Source: an uncultured Nitrospiraceae bacterium
Lineage (GTDB): Bacteria > Nitrospirota > Thermodesulfovibrionia > Thermodesulfovibrionales > Dissulfurispiraceae
Direction: 5' to 3'
DNA: 53,442 nucleotides
NCBI GenBank assembly: GCA_963727805.1
Contig: CAVSHF010000001.1
Location: 1-53,442, forward strand
Under the pieces are notes generated by a model. That model ran no database searches, was not told the DNA's origin, and worked only from the letters and a program-made list of their open reading frames with translations. The position numbers and the translations under genes were made by a program. Below, one piece after another: positions 21,049 to 31,997 of the stretch; the first letter of the stretch is position 1, and each line of letters opens with the position of its first letter.

Positions 21049-21102
21049 AGAAGGGGAAACTGAAATAGAGGTGGTCAAATTTTGCGGGCCGTTACAATAC
21101 TG

Positions 21103-22134
21103 CTAATAACTGTTTATTGCGTCAATAAGACGCCGTAGCGTTCCAAAGTCTTTACGGTTGAAGTCAACAATGAGGCGCGGAAGGTCCGCGATTTCCGGCT
21201 CGTCTTCTTCTTCTGGCAGAGGTCCGGATAGGTAAATGCTGCCTTGCAGGGTCAGTATATCCTGAAACTGGTTTTTCAGTGCCTCTACAGATTCCGGCTT
21301 GATACTTGACGTGAGACGTATCGCCACTTGTTTTCCGATATAGCGAAGACTATGGTAGCGGCTATAAAAACGATCAATACTTCTCAGTGCGGCAGATGGC
21401 GAATCGACGCGCTCAAACAAATAAAAATCGGAGGCCGAGATATATCCCTGCTTCATCAATTCTTCCTCGCAGAATTGGAGCCACTTCAGCCAATAAGTCC
21501 CCCCGGGTTCGTCCACAAGGACAAGCGGTACGGGATCGTGCTTTCCGGTTTGGATAAGTGTCAGGGTCTCCATTGCTTCATCAAGAGTGCCGAACCCCCC
21601 GGGGAATAGGACGATGGCGCACGCTTCTTTGAGAAAGGCTACTTTCCGGTTGAAAAAATATTTATACGTAATGGAGCGGGGGTTCCCTTCAACCACCGGA
21701 TTGAGCTTCTGCTCAAATGGGAGCCGTATATTAACGGCAAAGGAATGTTCAGAACCAGCCCCCTCATTAATTGCTTGCATGATGCCGGGTCCCCCGCCGG
21801 TGATAACCATGTAACCTGCTTCAGCAAGTTCCCGACCCAGAAGTTGGGCCATCTTATAAACCAGCTCTTCAGGGCTAGTTCTCGCCGATCCGAAAACGGT
21901 CACCTTTCGCACAGTGCGATAAGGTCCGAAGACTTTGGAGGTAAAACGCATTTCCTTGAGCGTGCTGTTCATGAGCTTCAGATCGCCTTCATCGGCCTCT
22001 TCGATGCCGGCCTTTAGAGCGGCCAATATCATTTCGCGTACAATATCTGGGCAGCATACAGGACCTGCGAGCTGCATGAGATAGTCGATTTCATCATCTA
22101 CCGGGCCGTTGGTTTTTGTAAAGTGAAGTTCCAT
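21103..22134 (-). CDS. LOG family protein (nucleotide phosphoribohydrolase-like)
   Basis: VTVFGSAR, TGGGPGIM, PGGFGTLDE; start ATG 22134 inferred. Confidence 0.92.
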   Translation of the reverse strand: MELHFTKTNGPVDDEIDYLMQLAGPVCCPDIVREMILAALKAGIEEADEGDLKLMNSTLKEMRFTSKVFGPYRTVRKVTVFGSARTSPEELVYKMAQLLGRELAEAGYMVITGGGPGIMQAINEGAGSEHSFAVNIRLPFEQKLNPVVEGNPRSITYKYFFNRKVAFLKEACAIVLFPGGFGTLDEAMETLTLIQTGKHDPVPLVLVDEPGGTYWLKWLQFCEEELMKQGYISASDFYLFERVDSPSAALRSIDRFYSRYHSLRYIGKQVAIRLTSSIKPESVEALKNQFQDILTLQGSIYLSGPLPEEEDEPEIADLPRLIVDFNRKDFGTLRRLIDAINSY

Positions 22135-22154
22135 AATTTCCTTTTCATGTTCAT

Positions 22155-22523
22155 TTATTTCTTCGTGCCCCTGACTTTCTTTTTCGATAACGAGGACCAC
22201 AGGCAGTCATCTCTGAACTCATCAAGTCCTGAATAAGTGCGACATATTTTCGGTCTTGTCTCGTAAATGGCGCAGCCGGTTGGTGTTAGGTGAGGGCAGG
22301 GAGTGTCAAAAACAATGAACAGTTGGTCATCGGATTTATTGATGGTGGCTCCTCGCGCTTTATAAAAATGGATAACGTCCGTCTCTGTCATTTCATAGAT
22401 CGCGGGATCGATGTACACACCGACCTTCTGGCAGCATTTGCGGCATTGGATGCATAATTGCTGTTTCTTTGTGAGCTTTGAGGCCGTTGCTGGGCGCGGT
22501 CCTGAATTTTTGTTGTTCTTCAT
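22155..22523 (-). CDS. YkgJ family cysteine-cluster protein
   Basis: CxxCxxCC ... CPHL ... CAIYETRPKICR. Confidence 0.88.
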   Translation of the reverse strand: MKNNKNSGPRPATASKLTKKQQLCIQCRKCCQKVGVYIDPAIYEMTETDVIHFYKARGATINKSDDQLFIVFDTPCPHLTPTGCAIYETRPKICRTYSGLDEFRDDCLWSSLSKKKVRGTKK

Positions 22524-22588
22524 TGACCTTATTATAATAAATGTTTTTCCTTGATAGCCGAGGAAAGTGGGGCCGGACTTTCCTTCAT

Positions 22589-22622
22589 AAAAAAAGGCCC
22601 CCTGCAGTGCAGGCGGCCTTTT
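22589..22622 (-). terminator. Intrinsic terminator of csp2
   Basis: GC-rich hairpin followed by a T-tract on the minus strand. Confidence 0.8.
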
Positions 22623-22639
22623 GAGCTTGCATCAGTAAG

Positions 22640-22840
22640 TTACTGCTTTAATACGTTGATCGCCTTCGGGCCCTTCGGACCCTTTTCTGTCTCATAGCTT
22701 ACGCTATCACCCTCAGCAAGGGATTTAAACCCGTTGCCTTGGATCGAAGAGTAGTGTACGAAAAGATCGTCGCCATTTTCTCCGGTAATAAATCCAAACC
22801 CTTTTGACTCATTGAACCACTTCACTTTTCCTAACGCCAT
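22640..22840 (-). CDS. csp: Cold-shock protein, copy 2
   Basis: [25 protein letters not shown]. Confidence 0.97.
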   Translation of the reverse strand: MALGKVKWFNESKGFGFITGENGDDLFVHYSSIQGNGFKSLAEGDSVSYETEKGPKGPKAINVLKQ

Positions 22841-22876
22841 TGTTGTACTGCCTCCTACTGCTAATTAAGCCATCAG

Positions 22877-22935
22877 AAATAAAAACGCCACAAAGCTAAA
22901 AGTCTTTGCGGCATCTCGCGACAAACACTTCTGAA
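22877..22935 (-). promoter_or_regulatory. Conserved csp 5' leader, copy 2
   Basis: Minus strand reads AGAAGTGTTTG..GCCGCAAAG-ACTTTTAG-CTTTGTGGC-GTTTTTATTT. Confidence 0.75.
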
Positions 22936-23013
22936 ACTTATAGCAATACACTAGCACAAACTGGTTACTTATGTATATAGAGAAGAATCAGTGCAGGACC
23001 GGAGAGGGGTGAT

Positions 23014-23045
23014 AAAAAAAGGCCCCCTACGATACAGGAGGCCTT
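23014..23045 (-). terminator. Intrinsic terminator of csp3
   Basis: GGCCTCCT..AGGGGGCC hairpin plus T7 on the minus strand; resembles the csp2 terminator. Confidence 0.8.
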
Positions 23046-23064
23046 CCGAGTTTACGTCACCAGA

Positions 23065-23265
23065 CTACTGTTTTACTACGTTGATTGCCTTTGGGCCTTT
23101 GGGGCCTTTTTCGGTATCAAAAGTTACACGATCACCCTCAGCGAGGGATTTGAAACCGTTGCCAAGAATTGCGGAATAGTGGACAAACACATCCGTACCG
23201 TCTTCGCTGGTGATGAACCCAAACCCCTTGGATTCATTGAACCACTTCACTGTGCCTTGAGCCAT
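23065..23265 (-). CDS. csp: Cold-shock protein, copy 3
   Basis: [26 protein letters not shown]. Confidence 0.97.
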   Translation of the reverse strand: MAQGTVKWFNESKGFGFITSEDGTDVFVHYSAILGNGFKSLAEGDRVTFDTEKGPKGPKAINVVKQ

Positions 23266-23316
23266 TGCTTTACTGCCTCCTTACGGTAAATTGAGATCTC
23301 ATGATCTCAGAACGAC

Positions 23317-23368
23317 AAAAGCCACAAAGTTAAAAGTCTTTGTGGCCACATGCGTACAAACACTTCTA
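23317..23368 (-). promoter_or_regulatory. Conserved csp 5' leader, copy 3
   Basis: Minus strand reads AGAAGTGTTTG..GCCACAAAG-ACTTTTAA-CTTTGTGGC-TTTT. Confidence 0.75.
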
Positions 23369-23381
23369 CAATCTAAGTTGG

Positions 23382-23410
23382 AGTATATCATGAAAAAATC
23401 AATAATGCAA
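23382..23410 (-). promoter_or_regulatory. sigma70-type promoter of csp3
   Basis: TTGCAT-17 nt-TATACT with TGn extension. Confidence 0.7.
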
Positions 23411-23414
23411 TGCC

Positions 23415-24704
<1,290 letters not shown>

Positions 24705-24744
24705 TCAACTCATTAACTCTTCTTACGATATAATAAGAGTAGAC

Positions 24745-26061
24745 ATGATTAATTTCAAGATTTCGGACCTTTTTGAAGGCCTTATTACTGTTGTAAAGCC
24801 CACCGGCAAACCTATCCCGCTTAATATCGGCGAGATTGTCAAGGGTGAAGTCATGGATATCCTGCCGGCAGGAGGTGTAACGCTGAAGATCAAGGACAGC
24901 TTTATCACGGCCCGGACGGATATCCCCTTGCAGAAGAACTCCGAGGTAATGCTCAAGGTACTTGGCACTCCCTCGTCACCGAATGAATTGCGGCTCCAGT
25001 TCCTTGGACCCGCTGAAAAGGACCAAGCCACCACCCAGGCATTTAAGGGAGAAGCGGTAAATAAGTTTCTTCAGGAATTTGCCGGTGGTGGTGCAGAAAG
25101 GCTTACTTCCGAAAAGATCGAAGGACTTTTGAAGGCCCTTCCTTCAGACATCGCTGCGATGCCAAAGGAAGTAAGGCTCCAGCTCCAGAACATTCTTCAG
25201 GAAAGCCTGAGATCGACCGGCCAGAATATTCAATCGAGGCTCGACACGCTTTTCAGGGACTTACCCACAGCGCTGAAAAACCAGCCCGTTCTGCAAGGTC
25301 TCAAGCTGGAGGTGACAGTAAGTGTCGACAAGGTCTTGTCGGAAGGATTAAGGGGCCTGCTCAGGGATACCGGCGTTGCCCTAGAATCGAAGCTTAAGGC
25401 CGTTGCTGAGTTATTGCTGCAGAACCCCAAAGGCGCTGCAGATGGTCTCGAAGTTAGTCCCACTTCGACAGGCAAGAGCGCCATCGCCGGCGATATCGAA
25501 CAATTGTTACCGGCTGCTGACCGTGAGTCCATAGAGAATGATCTCAAGGCCAACCTTCTTAAGCTGAAAGAGACACTTGCTGAACAGCATGCGGGGGTAT
25601 CGCAAAAAGACGTGGCCGTCTTGAAAAACGCAACCTCAGACGTCGAGAGCATTCTCAAAGATATCGGAACCTTTCAGCTTCTCTCAAAAACAACGGAATC
25701 CTTCTACACATTCCTGCCTGTTAGCTGGCAGCAACTCAAGGATGGGGAGATTGCTTTTAAGCAAAATAAGGGGGGCGACTCTGCACCTTCTTTTTCATGC
25801 CGGCTCAAACTTGATCTCGACAACCTCGGGACACTTGTTATTATGGTGCTTTTCCATAACAATGAATTTTTCGTATCATTCAGGCCGGACAATGAAAACT
25901 TTAAATCATTGCTTGCCTCTCAAGTGGAGCACCTTGGCAAGCAATTCAATGGAAAGGGACTCAATCTTAAGTCCGTGCGGGTCCTTGATAAGGACGATAC
26001 ATCCCTTGAGCAACTCGAAAACCTGGATCAATTCAGGCAAATCGTGAGTATAAAAGCGTAA
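24745..26061 (+). CDS. Hypothetical protein with FliK-like C-terminal domain
   Basis: C-terminal 'CRLKLDLDNLGTLVIMV...LGKQFNGKGL' resembles FliK-C; adjacent to an FlhB-C gene; start ATG 24745. Confidence 0.7.
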   Translation: MINFKISDLFEGLITVVKPTGKPIPLNIGEIVKGEVMDILPAGGVTLKIKDSFITARTDIPLQKNSEVMLKVLGTPSSPNELRLQFLGPAEKDQATTQAFKGEAVNKFLQEFAGGGAERLTSEKIEGLLKALPSDIAAMPKEVRLQLQNILQESLRSTGQNIQSRLDTLFRDLPTALKNQPVLQGLKLEVTVSVDKVLSEGLRGLLRDTGVALESKLKAVAELLLQNPKGAADGLEVSPTSTGKSAIAGDIEQLLPAADRESIENDLKANLLKLKETLAEQHAGVSQKDVAVLKNATSDVESILKDIGTFQLLSKTTESFYTFLPVSWQQLKDGEIAFKQNKGGDSAPSFSCRLKLDLDNLGTLVIMVLFHNNEFFVSFRPDNENFKSLLASQVEHLGKQFNGKGLNLKSVRVLDKDDTSLEQLENLDQFRQIVSIKA

Positions 26062-26064
26062 AGT

Positions 26065-26340
26065 ATGGATAAACGAAAAAAAGTCGCTGCGCTCAAATAT
26101 AAACCTAATGAAGATACAGCCCCAAAAGTTGTGGCAAAAGGGAGCGGCTGGCTTGCCGACAAGATCATCGAAGTCGCTAAGGAGAACCATATCCCTCTCA
26201 AGGAAGACCGCCAGCTTGTCGAGGTGTTGTCAGCCATAGATCTGAATCGCGAGATCCCCCCCGAACTATACAAGGCCGTAGCCGAAATTCTTGCCTTTGT
26301 CTACCGGATTACGAAAAAAGAATCTTCATCGCTTCTGTAA
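26065..26340 (+). CDS. Stand-alone FlhB/EscU C-terminal domain protein (FlhX/YlqH-like)
   Basis: AALKY, APKVVAKGSG, IPPELYKAVAEILAFVY. Confidence 0.92.
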   Translation: MDKRKKVAALKYKPNEDTAPKVVAKGSGWLADKIIEVAKENHIPLKEDRQLVEVLSAIDLNREIPPELYKAVAEILAFVYRITKKESSSLL

Positions 26341-26407
26341 GCGCCCATACTATACCAACCAGCCAAAAGGTAGCCTATAACCAGCTTTTTCATCTATACT
26401 ATCCGTT

Positions 26408-27670
26408 ATGGCACTCTTCGGAGAACTTTTTCTAAGCGAGATCATCAAGAAGCCGGTTTTCGATCCCAAGGGTGAGATCATAGGCAGGGTGAAGGACGTG
26501 ATTGTGGTCAAGGGATCCCCACTTCCCGAGATATCGGCGGTCATCGTTCAGCGGAAGGGACAGACTTATGTCATCAAATGGGCTGCAATAAATATCTTTA
26601 ACAAGAGGATTATTTCTTCATTTCTCTACGCCGATGCCCTTGAGCCGTATTCGTATGAAGAAGACGATCTCCTGGCGGTTCGCGACATTCTGGATAAACA
26701 GATTGTCGACGCCAATGGGGCAAAGGTCGTGCGGGTAAATGACATTAAACTCGAAGGCTATAACGGAAGCGCGGTGCTCATCGCAGTCGATGTCGGCATG
26801 AGAGGTATCCTAAGGAGGCTCGGTGCTGAAAACAGCAGCGAAGAAGTCCTTAAGTTTTTCAAAACTCAACTCCCCTACAATCTAATCAGCTGGAACTATC
26901 TCCAGCCTCTCAGCACAGAGCTTAAGGCGATCGGGCTCACAGTACCAAGGCAGATGCTCTCCGAACTACACCCGGCCGATCTAGCTGAATTGATAAGTCA
27001 GGTGTCGAGGGATGAGGGAGCTAACCTTTTCAAGGACCTCGATCTTGAGACCGCCGCAGATGCACTTTCTGAATTAATGCCCGAAAGGCAGGCCGAGATT
27101 ATCAACTCCATCGGGACGGAGAAAGCAGCGGATATCCTCGAAGAGATGCAGCCCGACGAAGCCGCCGACGTGCTGAGCGACCTGCCAACGGAACGGGCAA
27201 AGGAAATCCTTGAGGCGATTGACAGGGAAGAGGCGGAAGACATACAGGAACTCTTGAGCCATGAAGAGGACACGGCCGGCGGTCTCATGACCAACATCTT
27301 CATCGCCTATCCTCCCACGATTACCGTTGCCGAGGCGATAGAGAGGTTTAAAAAGGACGCAAAGGAAATAGAGTCAGTCTATTACATTTATACTATCGAT
27401 GAGAACGAAAAACTGCTAGGTGTTACCTCTCTCAGGGACCTGATACTTGCCGACCCGCAGTCCCCACTTTCTGAGGTCATGGAGACGAAACTCAAGAGTG
27501 TCACTCCAGAGACGGATGATATGGTCGTGGCCGAAATCATATCGAAATACAATCTCGTGGCGCTTCCTGTAGTCGATGAGGAGGGCGTTCTCCTTGGCAT
27601 TGTGAGCGTCGATGATGCTATCGATATGATCCTTCCGCCCTCGGCAAAGCGGGGCAGGAGAAAGGTATGA
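26408..27670 (+). CDS. PRC-barrel + MgtE N-terminal + CBS-domain protein (no MgtE TM domain)
   Basis: RDILDKQIVD, LHPADLA, EDTAGGLMT, CBS pair; no TM segments. Confidence 0.88.
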   Translation: MALFGELFLSEIIKKPVFDPKGEIIGRVKDVIVVKGSPLPEISAVIVQRKGQTYVIKWAAINIFNKRIISSFLYADALEPYSYEEDDLLAVRDILDKQIVDANGAKVVRVNDIKLEGYNGSAVLIAVDVGMRGILRRLGAENSSEEVLKFFKTQLPYNLISWNYLQPLSTELKAIGLTVPRQMLSELHPADLAELISQVSRDEGANLFKDLDLETAADALSELMPERQAEIINSIGTEKAADILEEMQPDEAADVLSDLPTERAKEILEAIDREEAEDIQELLSHEEDTAGGLMTNIFIAYPPTITVAEAIERFKKDAKEIESVYYIYTIDENEKLLGVTSLRDLILADPQSPLSEVMETKLKSVTPETDDMVVAEIISKYNLVALPVVDEEGVLLGIVSVDDAIDMILPPSAKRGRRKV

Positions 27671-28899
27671 AGCGGTGGAAGAATTTCCTGCTCTTTTTGA
27701 CCGTGATGGGGCCCGGTATCATCACGGCCAATATCGACAACGATGCAAGCGGGATTACCACTTATTCGGTGGCTGGCGCGCGCTTCGGCTACGAACTGCT
27801 CTGGACGCTCATCCCGACGACAATCGCGCTTGTTGTGATCCAGGAGATGGTAGGAAGGATGGGCGTAATCACGGGAAAGGGCCTTGCAGATCTCATTCGC
27901 GAGAATTACGGTGTTAAGGCTGCATGTTATATGATGCTCGGACTCTTCATCGCGAATTTTGGTAACACAGTGGCAGATTTCGCCGGATGGGCCGCAAGTA
28001 TGGAAATCCTCGGCATGAGCAAGTATATTATGGTACCGGTTGGCGCCCTAGCGATCTGGATTCTTGTTGCCAAAGGCAGCTATCGGTTTGTCGAGAAGGT
28101 GCTACTTCTGGCCTGTCTCATTTTTGTCGGGTATATCATCTCAGGCATGATGGCAAAGCCTGATTGGGGCGCAGTTGCCAAGAGTACGTTACTACCGCAT
28201 GTAATGTGGAATGCAGAATACATCTATTTGAGCATCGGCATCATCGGCACCACGATTACGCCATGGATGCAGTTCTATCTCCAGTCGTCGATTGCTGAAA
28301 AGGGAATAAAAAAAGAGGACTACAAGGCATCGCGGCTCGATGTAATTATCGGCTGTTCCATTACGGATATTATCAGTTTTTTTATTATCGTCACCTGTGC
28401 GACAATACTTTTTCCGAACGGCATCAGGGTCAACGAGGCCTCCGAGGCCGCCCTGGCCCTCAGACCGTTTGCGGGAGACTACGCGTATCTTCTCTTCGCG
28501 GTCTCGCTTGCGAATGCCTCAATTCTTGGCGCGATCATTGTGCCCCTTGCAACTGCATATTACATTTGCGAAGCAATGGGCTGGGAGGCGGGCATAAATA
28601 AATCATTCAAGGAAGCACCGCAGTTCATGGGAATCTATACGATGATGATCATCACGGGCGCCGCTGTTGTGCTTATCCCAAATGCCCCCCTCGTCTTTCT
28701 CATGGTGCTCTCGGCGGTAGTTAACGGCCTGTTGCTGCCTTTTGTGCTTGTTTTTGTGATTCTCCTCATCAATAATGCGAAGATCATGGGAGAATACGTG
28801 AACACCAAGAGCTACAATGCTATTTCCTGGGCAACAGTCGTCGTGGTTGCCATGCTTACCGTGCTCTTTGTATTGGCGACAGTTTTCCCGATTGCATAA
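27667..28899 (+). CDS. Nramp-family divalent metal transporter (Mg-type subgroup)
   Basis: MGPGIITANIDNDASGI, GTTITPWMQF; 4-nt overlap with the upstream gene. Confidence 0.92.
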   Translation: MKRWKNFLLFLTVMGPGIITANIDNDASGITTYSVAGARFGYELLWTLIPTTIALVVIQEMVGRMGVITGKGLADLIRENYGVKAACYMMLGLFIANFGNTVADFAGWAASMEILGMSKYIMVPVGALAIWILVAKGSYRFVEKVLLLACLIFVGYIISGMMAKPDWGAVAKSTLLPHVMWNAEYIYLSIGIIGTTITPWMQFYLQSSIAEKGIKKEDYKASRLDVIIGCSITDIISFFIIVTCATILFPNGIRVNEASEAALALRPFAGDYAYLLFAVSLANASILGAIIVPLATAYYICEAMGWEAGINKSFKEAPQFMGIYTMMIITGAAVVLIPNAPLVFLMVLSAVVNGLLLPFVLVFVILLINNAKIMGEYVNTKSYNAISWATVVVVAMLTVLFVLATVFPIA

Positions 28900-28910
28900 A
28901 GGAGGGATTG

Positions 28911-29975
28911 ATGGTCAAGACCATTGAATGGAAGGATAATAAGGTGATGATGCTCGACCAGAGCAGGCTACCTCATGAAGTCCTTTACATCGAATGCACC
29001 GATTATCACAAGATTGCCGAAGGTATCAAAAAACTCTGGATCAGGGGAGCCCCGGCCATAGGCATTGCGGCCGCTATGGGAATTGCCCTCGGAGCTCAGG
29101 AGATCAAAGCGAATAACTTTGACGAGTTTGTGGAAGGGCTCCAGCCGATCTTCGATACGATGCTCGGCACTCGACCTACGGCGGTAAATATACACTGGGC
29201 CGTCGTCAGGATAAAGAGATACCTTCAGGAACATAACCGTGAGTCGATCGGTCGGCTCAAGCAGATGCTCATCGATGAGTCAGACAGGATACTCAGCGAA
29301 GATATTGCGGTTAACAGAGCAATCGGAGAGTGGGGAGCGGAATTTGTCAAAGATGGTGATACCATATTGACCCACTGCAATGCCGGCAGTCTTGCTACAG
29401 GAGGATACGGCACAGCAACGGCCCCGATGCTAGTTGCAAAGGAGCAGGGTAAGCGCATTCATGTGATCGCCGACGAGACGAGGCCTGTGATGCAGGGCTC
29501 GCGGCTCACTTCATGGGAGCTCATGCAATCCGGAATATCGGTAACGCTTATTACCGACAGCACGGCCGGGGCATTGATGAAGAGTGGCATGATAGATCTG
29601 GCCATCGTCGGCACGGACCGGACGACGAGAAACGGCGATGTCGCCAACAAGATCGGCACCTATACAGTTGCGGTTATGTGTCGTGAACACGAGATCCCCT
29701 TTTATGTCGCCGCCCCACTGAGCAGCGTTGATTTCGATATGTCTTCCGGCGACCTTATCCCCATAGAAGAGAGGAGCGCCGAAGAAGTCCGGTGCATCCA
29801 GGGCCATAGAGTTGCTCCTGAAGGAGTAAATGTTATAAACTTAGCCTTCGATGTGACCCCGGCAAAGTATGTTTCCGCCTTTTTTACCGAAAAAGGGGCA
29901 TTCAAACCGGGAGACCTGAAAAAGCTGATGCGGGAGGATATCGATCTCAATTCGATTCGATTACGCCACACATGA
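28911..29975 (+). CDS. mtnA: Methylthioribose-1-phosphate isomerase
   Basis: IRGAPAIG, RPTAVN, LTHCNAGSLAT, DETRP, NKIGTY. Confidence 0.96.
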   Translation: MVKTIEWKDNKVMMLDQSRLPHEVLYIECTDYHKIAEGIKKLWIRGAPAIGIAAAMGIALGAQEIKANNFDEFVEGLQPIFDTMLGTRPTAVNIHWAVVRIKRYLQEHNRESIGRLKQMLIDESDRILSEDIAVNRAIGEWGAEFVKDGDTILTHCNAGSLATGGYGTATAPMLVAKEQGKRIHVIADETRPVMQGSRLTSWELMQSGISVTLITDSTAGALMKSGMIDLAIVGTDRTTRNGDVANKIGTYTVAVMCREHEIPFYVAAPLSSVDFDMSSGDLIPIEERSAEEVRCIQGHRVAPEGVNVINLAFDVTPAKYVSAFFTEKGAFKPGDLKKLMREDIDLNSIRLRHT

Positions 29976-30973
29976 GAGCTGAGGAGATTTTCAGGCATTA
30001 CGCCCCAGAACTGAAGTCCGTTGAGAAGGAACTTCTATCTATTTTCAATAGTTCCGCCACCGTTATTCCCCTCATCGGCAAGCATATTATCAACAGCGGC
30101 GGAAAGAGGGTAAGGCCGCTCTTTCTCCTCATGAGTGCTGAATTGTGCAACTATCACGGAACAAGAAGGGCACAGTTGGGCGCGATCATCGAGGCGATTC
30201 ATACCGCATCGCTGCTCCACGACGACGTGATCGACGGCGCCGAGACACGGCGCGGCAGGGCCGCAGCCCATACAGTTTGGGGAAACCAGGTAGTGGTTCT
30301 TGTGGGGGATTTTCTCTACTCCAACGCGCTGAGACTTGCCGTCACACAGAAAAGCCAGAAGATCATGGAGGCACTCTCGGAGGCGACAACACGCATGACT
30401 GAGGGTGAGTTGCTCCAACTTAATAAAACAGGCGATCCCGAAATCACGATGGATGAATACTTTAAAATCATCTCAGCGAAGACGGGCATTCTTATTTCGG
30501 CGGCCTGCAGAATTGGCGCTATTATCGCCGGCCAGTCCGAAGAACGAGAAAAAGCCCTTTCGCAATTTGGTCTTAAGACGGGCATAGCCTTTCAGCTTGC
30601 CGACGACATTCTTGACTATGTGGCCCAACAAAAGGATTTGGGTAAGAAGCTCGGCAAGGACCTCGAAGAGGGCAAGATCACGATGCCCCTTATCCAACTG
30701 CTTAAGGTTGCGTCGGCCTCTGAAAAGAAGGAAGTCATCAACATAATTCAGGAGACCGCCGGGACTACGAAAGGCGTCTCGTCGGCGAAGACGAAGTCCA
30801 ATCTTGAAAAGATCATACTCCTTTTTACCCGCTATAATGCCATCGATGAATCTTTCAATATCGCACGGTGCCTCGTCGAAGAGGCAAAGGCCGAACTTAA
30901 TGCTTTCCCTGATTCGGGGGATAAAGAGGCGATTCTCGCCATGGCTGACTATACACTCCAAAGGAAGAAATGA
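29972..30973 (+). CDS. ispB: Polyprenyl diphosphate synthase
   Basis: GGKRVRP, LLHDDVID, FQLADDILD. Confidence 0.92.
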   Translation: MRAEEIFRHYAPELKSVEKELLSIFNSSATVIPLIGKHIINSGGKRVRPLFLLMSAELCNYHGTRRAQLGAIIEAIHTASLLHDDVIDGAETRRGRAAAHTVWGNQVVVLVGDFLYSNALRLAVTQKSQKIMEALSEATTRMTEGELLQLNKTGDPEITMDEYFKIISAKTGILISAACRIGAIIAGQSEEREKALSQFGLKTGIAFQLADDILDYVAQQKDLGKKLGKDLEEGKITMPLIQLLKVASASEKKEVINIIQETAGTTKGVSSAKTKSNLEKIILLFTRYNAIDESFNIARCLVEEAKAELNAFPDSGDKEAILAMADYTLQRKK

Positions 30974-30974
30974 T

Positions 30975-31484
30975 ATGCATGTTTATGTGGAACTTGCGAA
31001 AAAGGCTGTCGAGGAATACGTAAGAAACAGAAAAGTCCTCGCCACTCCCGCCGATATTCCTCCGGAGATGCAGCGAAGGGCCGGCGTTTTCATCTGCCTG
31101 AAATCTCATGGAAGCCTGAGAGGGTGCATCGGTACCTTCCATCCCAGCAGTAACAATCTCTACGAAGAGATTGTACGGAATTCCATCTCCGCCTCGAGCG
31201 AAGACCCGCGTTTCTCCCTTGTCCGGCCTGATGAACTCGATGCTATAACATATACTGTTGATGTGCTCTCAGAGCCGGAAAAAATTAACGCTCTCTCTGA
31301 GCTCGATCCAAAGAAATATGGAATCATCGTTGCAAAAGGTTATAGAAGAGGATTGCTTCTGCCGGACCTCGAAGGGGTTGATACCTTAGAGGAACAACTC
31401 AGGATTACAAAAATGAAAGCGGGCATTATGCCCGAAGATAAAGATGTAGAGATTTACAGATTTACCGTTGACAGATACGTTTAG
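30975..31484 (+). CDS. amrA: AMMECR1-domain protein (AmmeMemoRadiSam protein A)
   Basis: LRGCIG, DPRF, GLLLPDLEGV; start ATG 30975. Confidence 0.92.
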   Translation: MHVYVELAKKAVEEYVRNRKVLATPADIPPEMQRRAGVFICLKSHGSLRGCIGTFHPSSNNLYEEIVRNSISASSEDPRFSLVRPDELDAITYTVDVLSEPEKINALSELDPKKYGIIVAKGYRRGLLLPDLEGVDTLEEQLRITKMKAGIMPEDKDVEIYRFTVDRYV

Positions 31485-31487
31485 GCG

Positions 31488-31964
31488 TCAGCTATTTCTT
31501 CTGAAAGTCCCGCTTTTGCCACCGCTTTTTTGCAGGAGCACGATTTCTCCGATGGCCATTTCTTTGTCCACAGCTTTGCACATGTCGTAGATCGTGAGAG
31601 CTGCCACAACAGTCCCGGTAAGGGCCTCCATCTCAACGCCGGTCTGGCCGGTCACTTTCACCGTCGATTTTATATCAACCTTATTCTTCTTATCGTCAAT
31701 TGCGAAATCTATGGCAACCGAGGTTATGCTCAGCGGATGGCACATCGGAATAAGCTCCGATGTCTTTTTGGCGGCCATAATGCCGGCCACTCTTGCAACC
31801 CCCAGGACATCACCCTTTTCAACCTTGCCATGTTTAATAAGCGTCAGGGTATCCGCCTTCATGGATATCGAACCGCTGGCTACGGCCTCTCTGACAGTTG
31901 CTTCCTTTCCGCTTACATCCACCATGCGGGCCTTTCCTGCATCATCGAAATGAGTGAGTTTCAA
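31488..31964 (-). CDS. moaC: Cyclic pyranopterin monophosphate synthase
   Basis: [40 protein letters not shown]. Confidence 0.98.
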   Translation of the reverse strand: MKLTHFDDAGKARMVDVSGKEATVREAVASGSISMKADTLTLIKHGKVEKGDVLGVARVAGIMAAKKTSELIPMCHPLSITSVAIDFAIDDKKNKVDIKSTVKVTGQTGVEMEALTGTVVAALTIYDMCKAVDKEMAIGEIVLLQKSGGKSGTFRRNS

Positions 31965-31997
31965 AGTGGCCTCCTGCTCGATATTAATAACAAAGTT

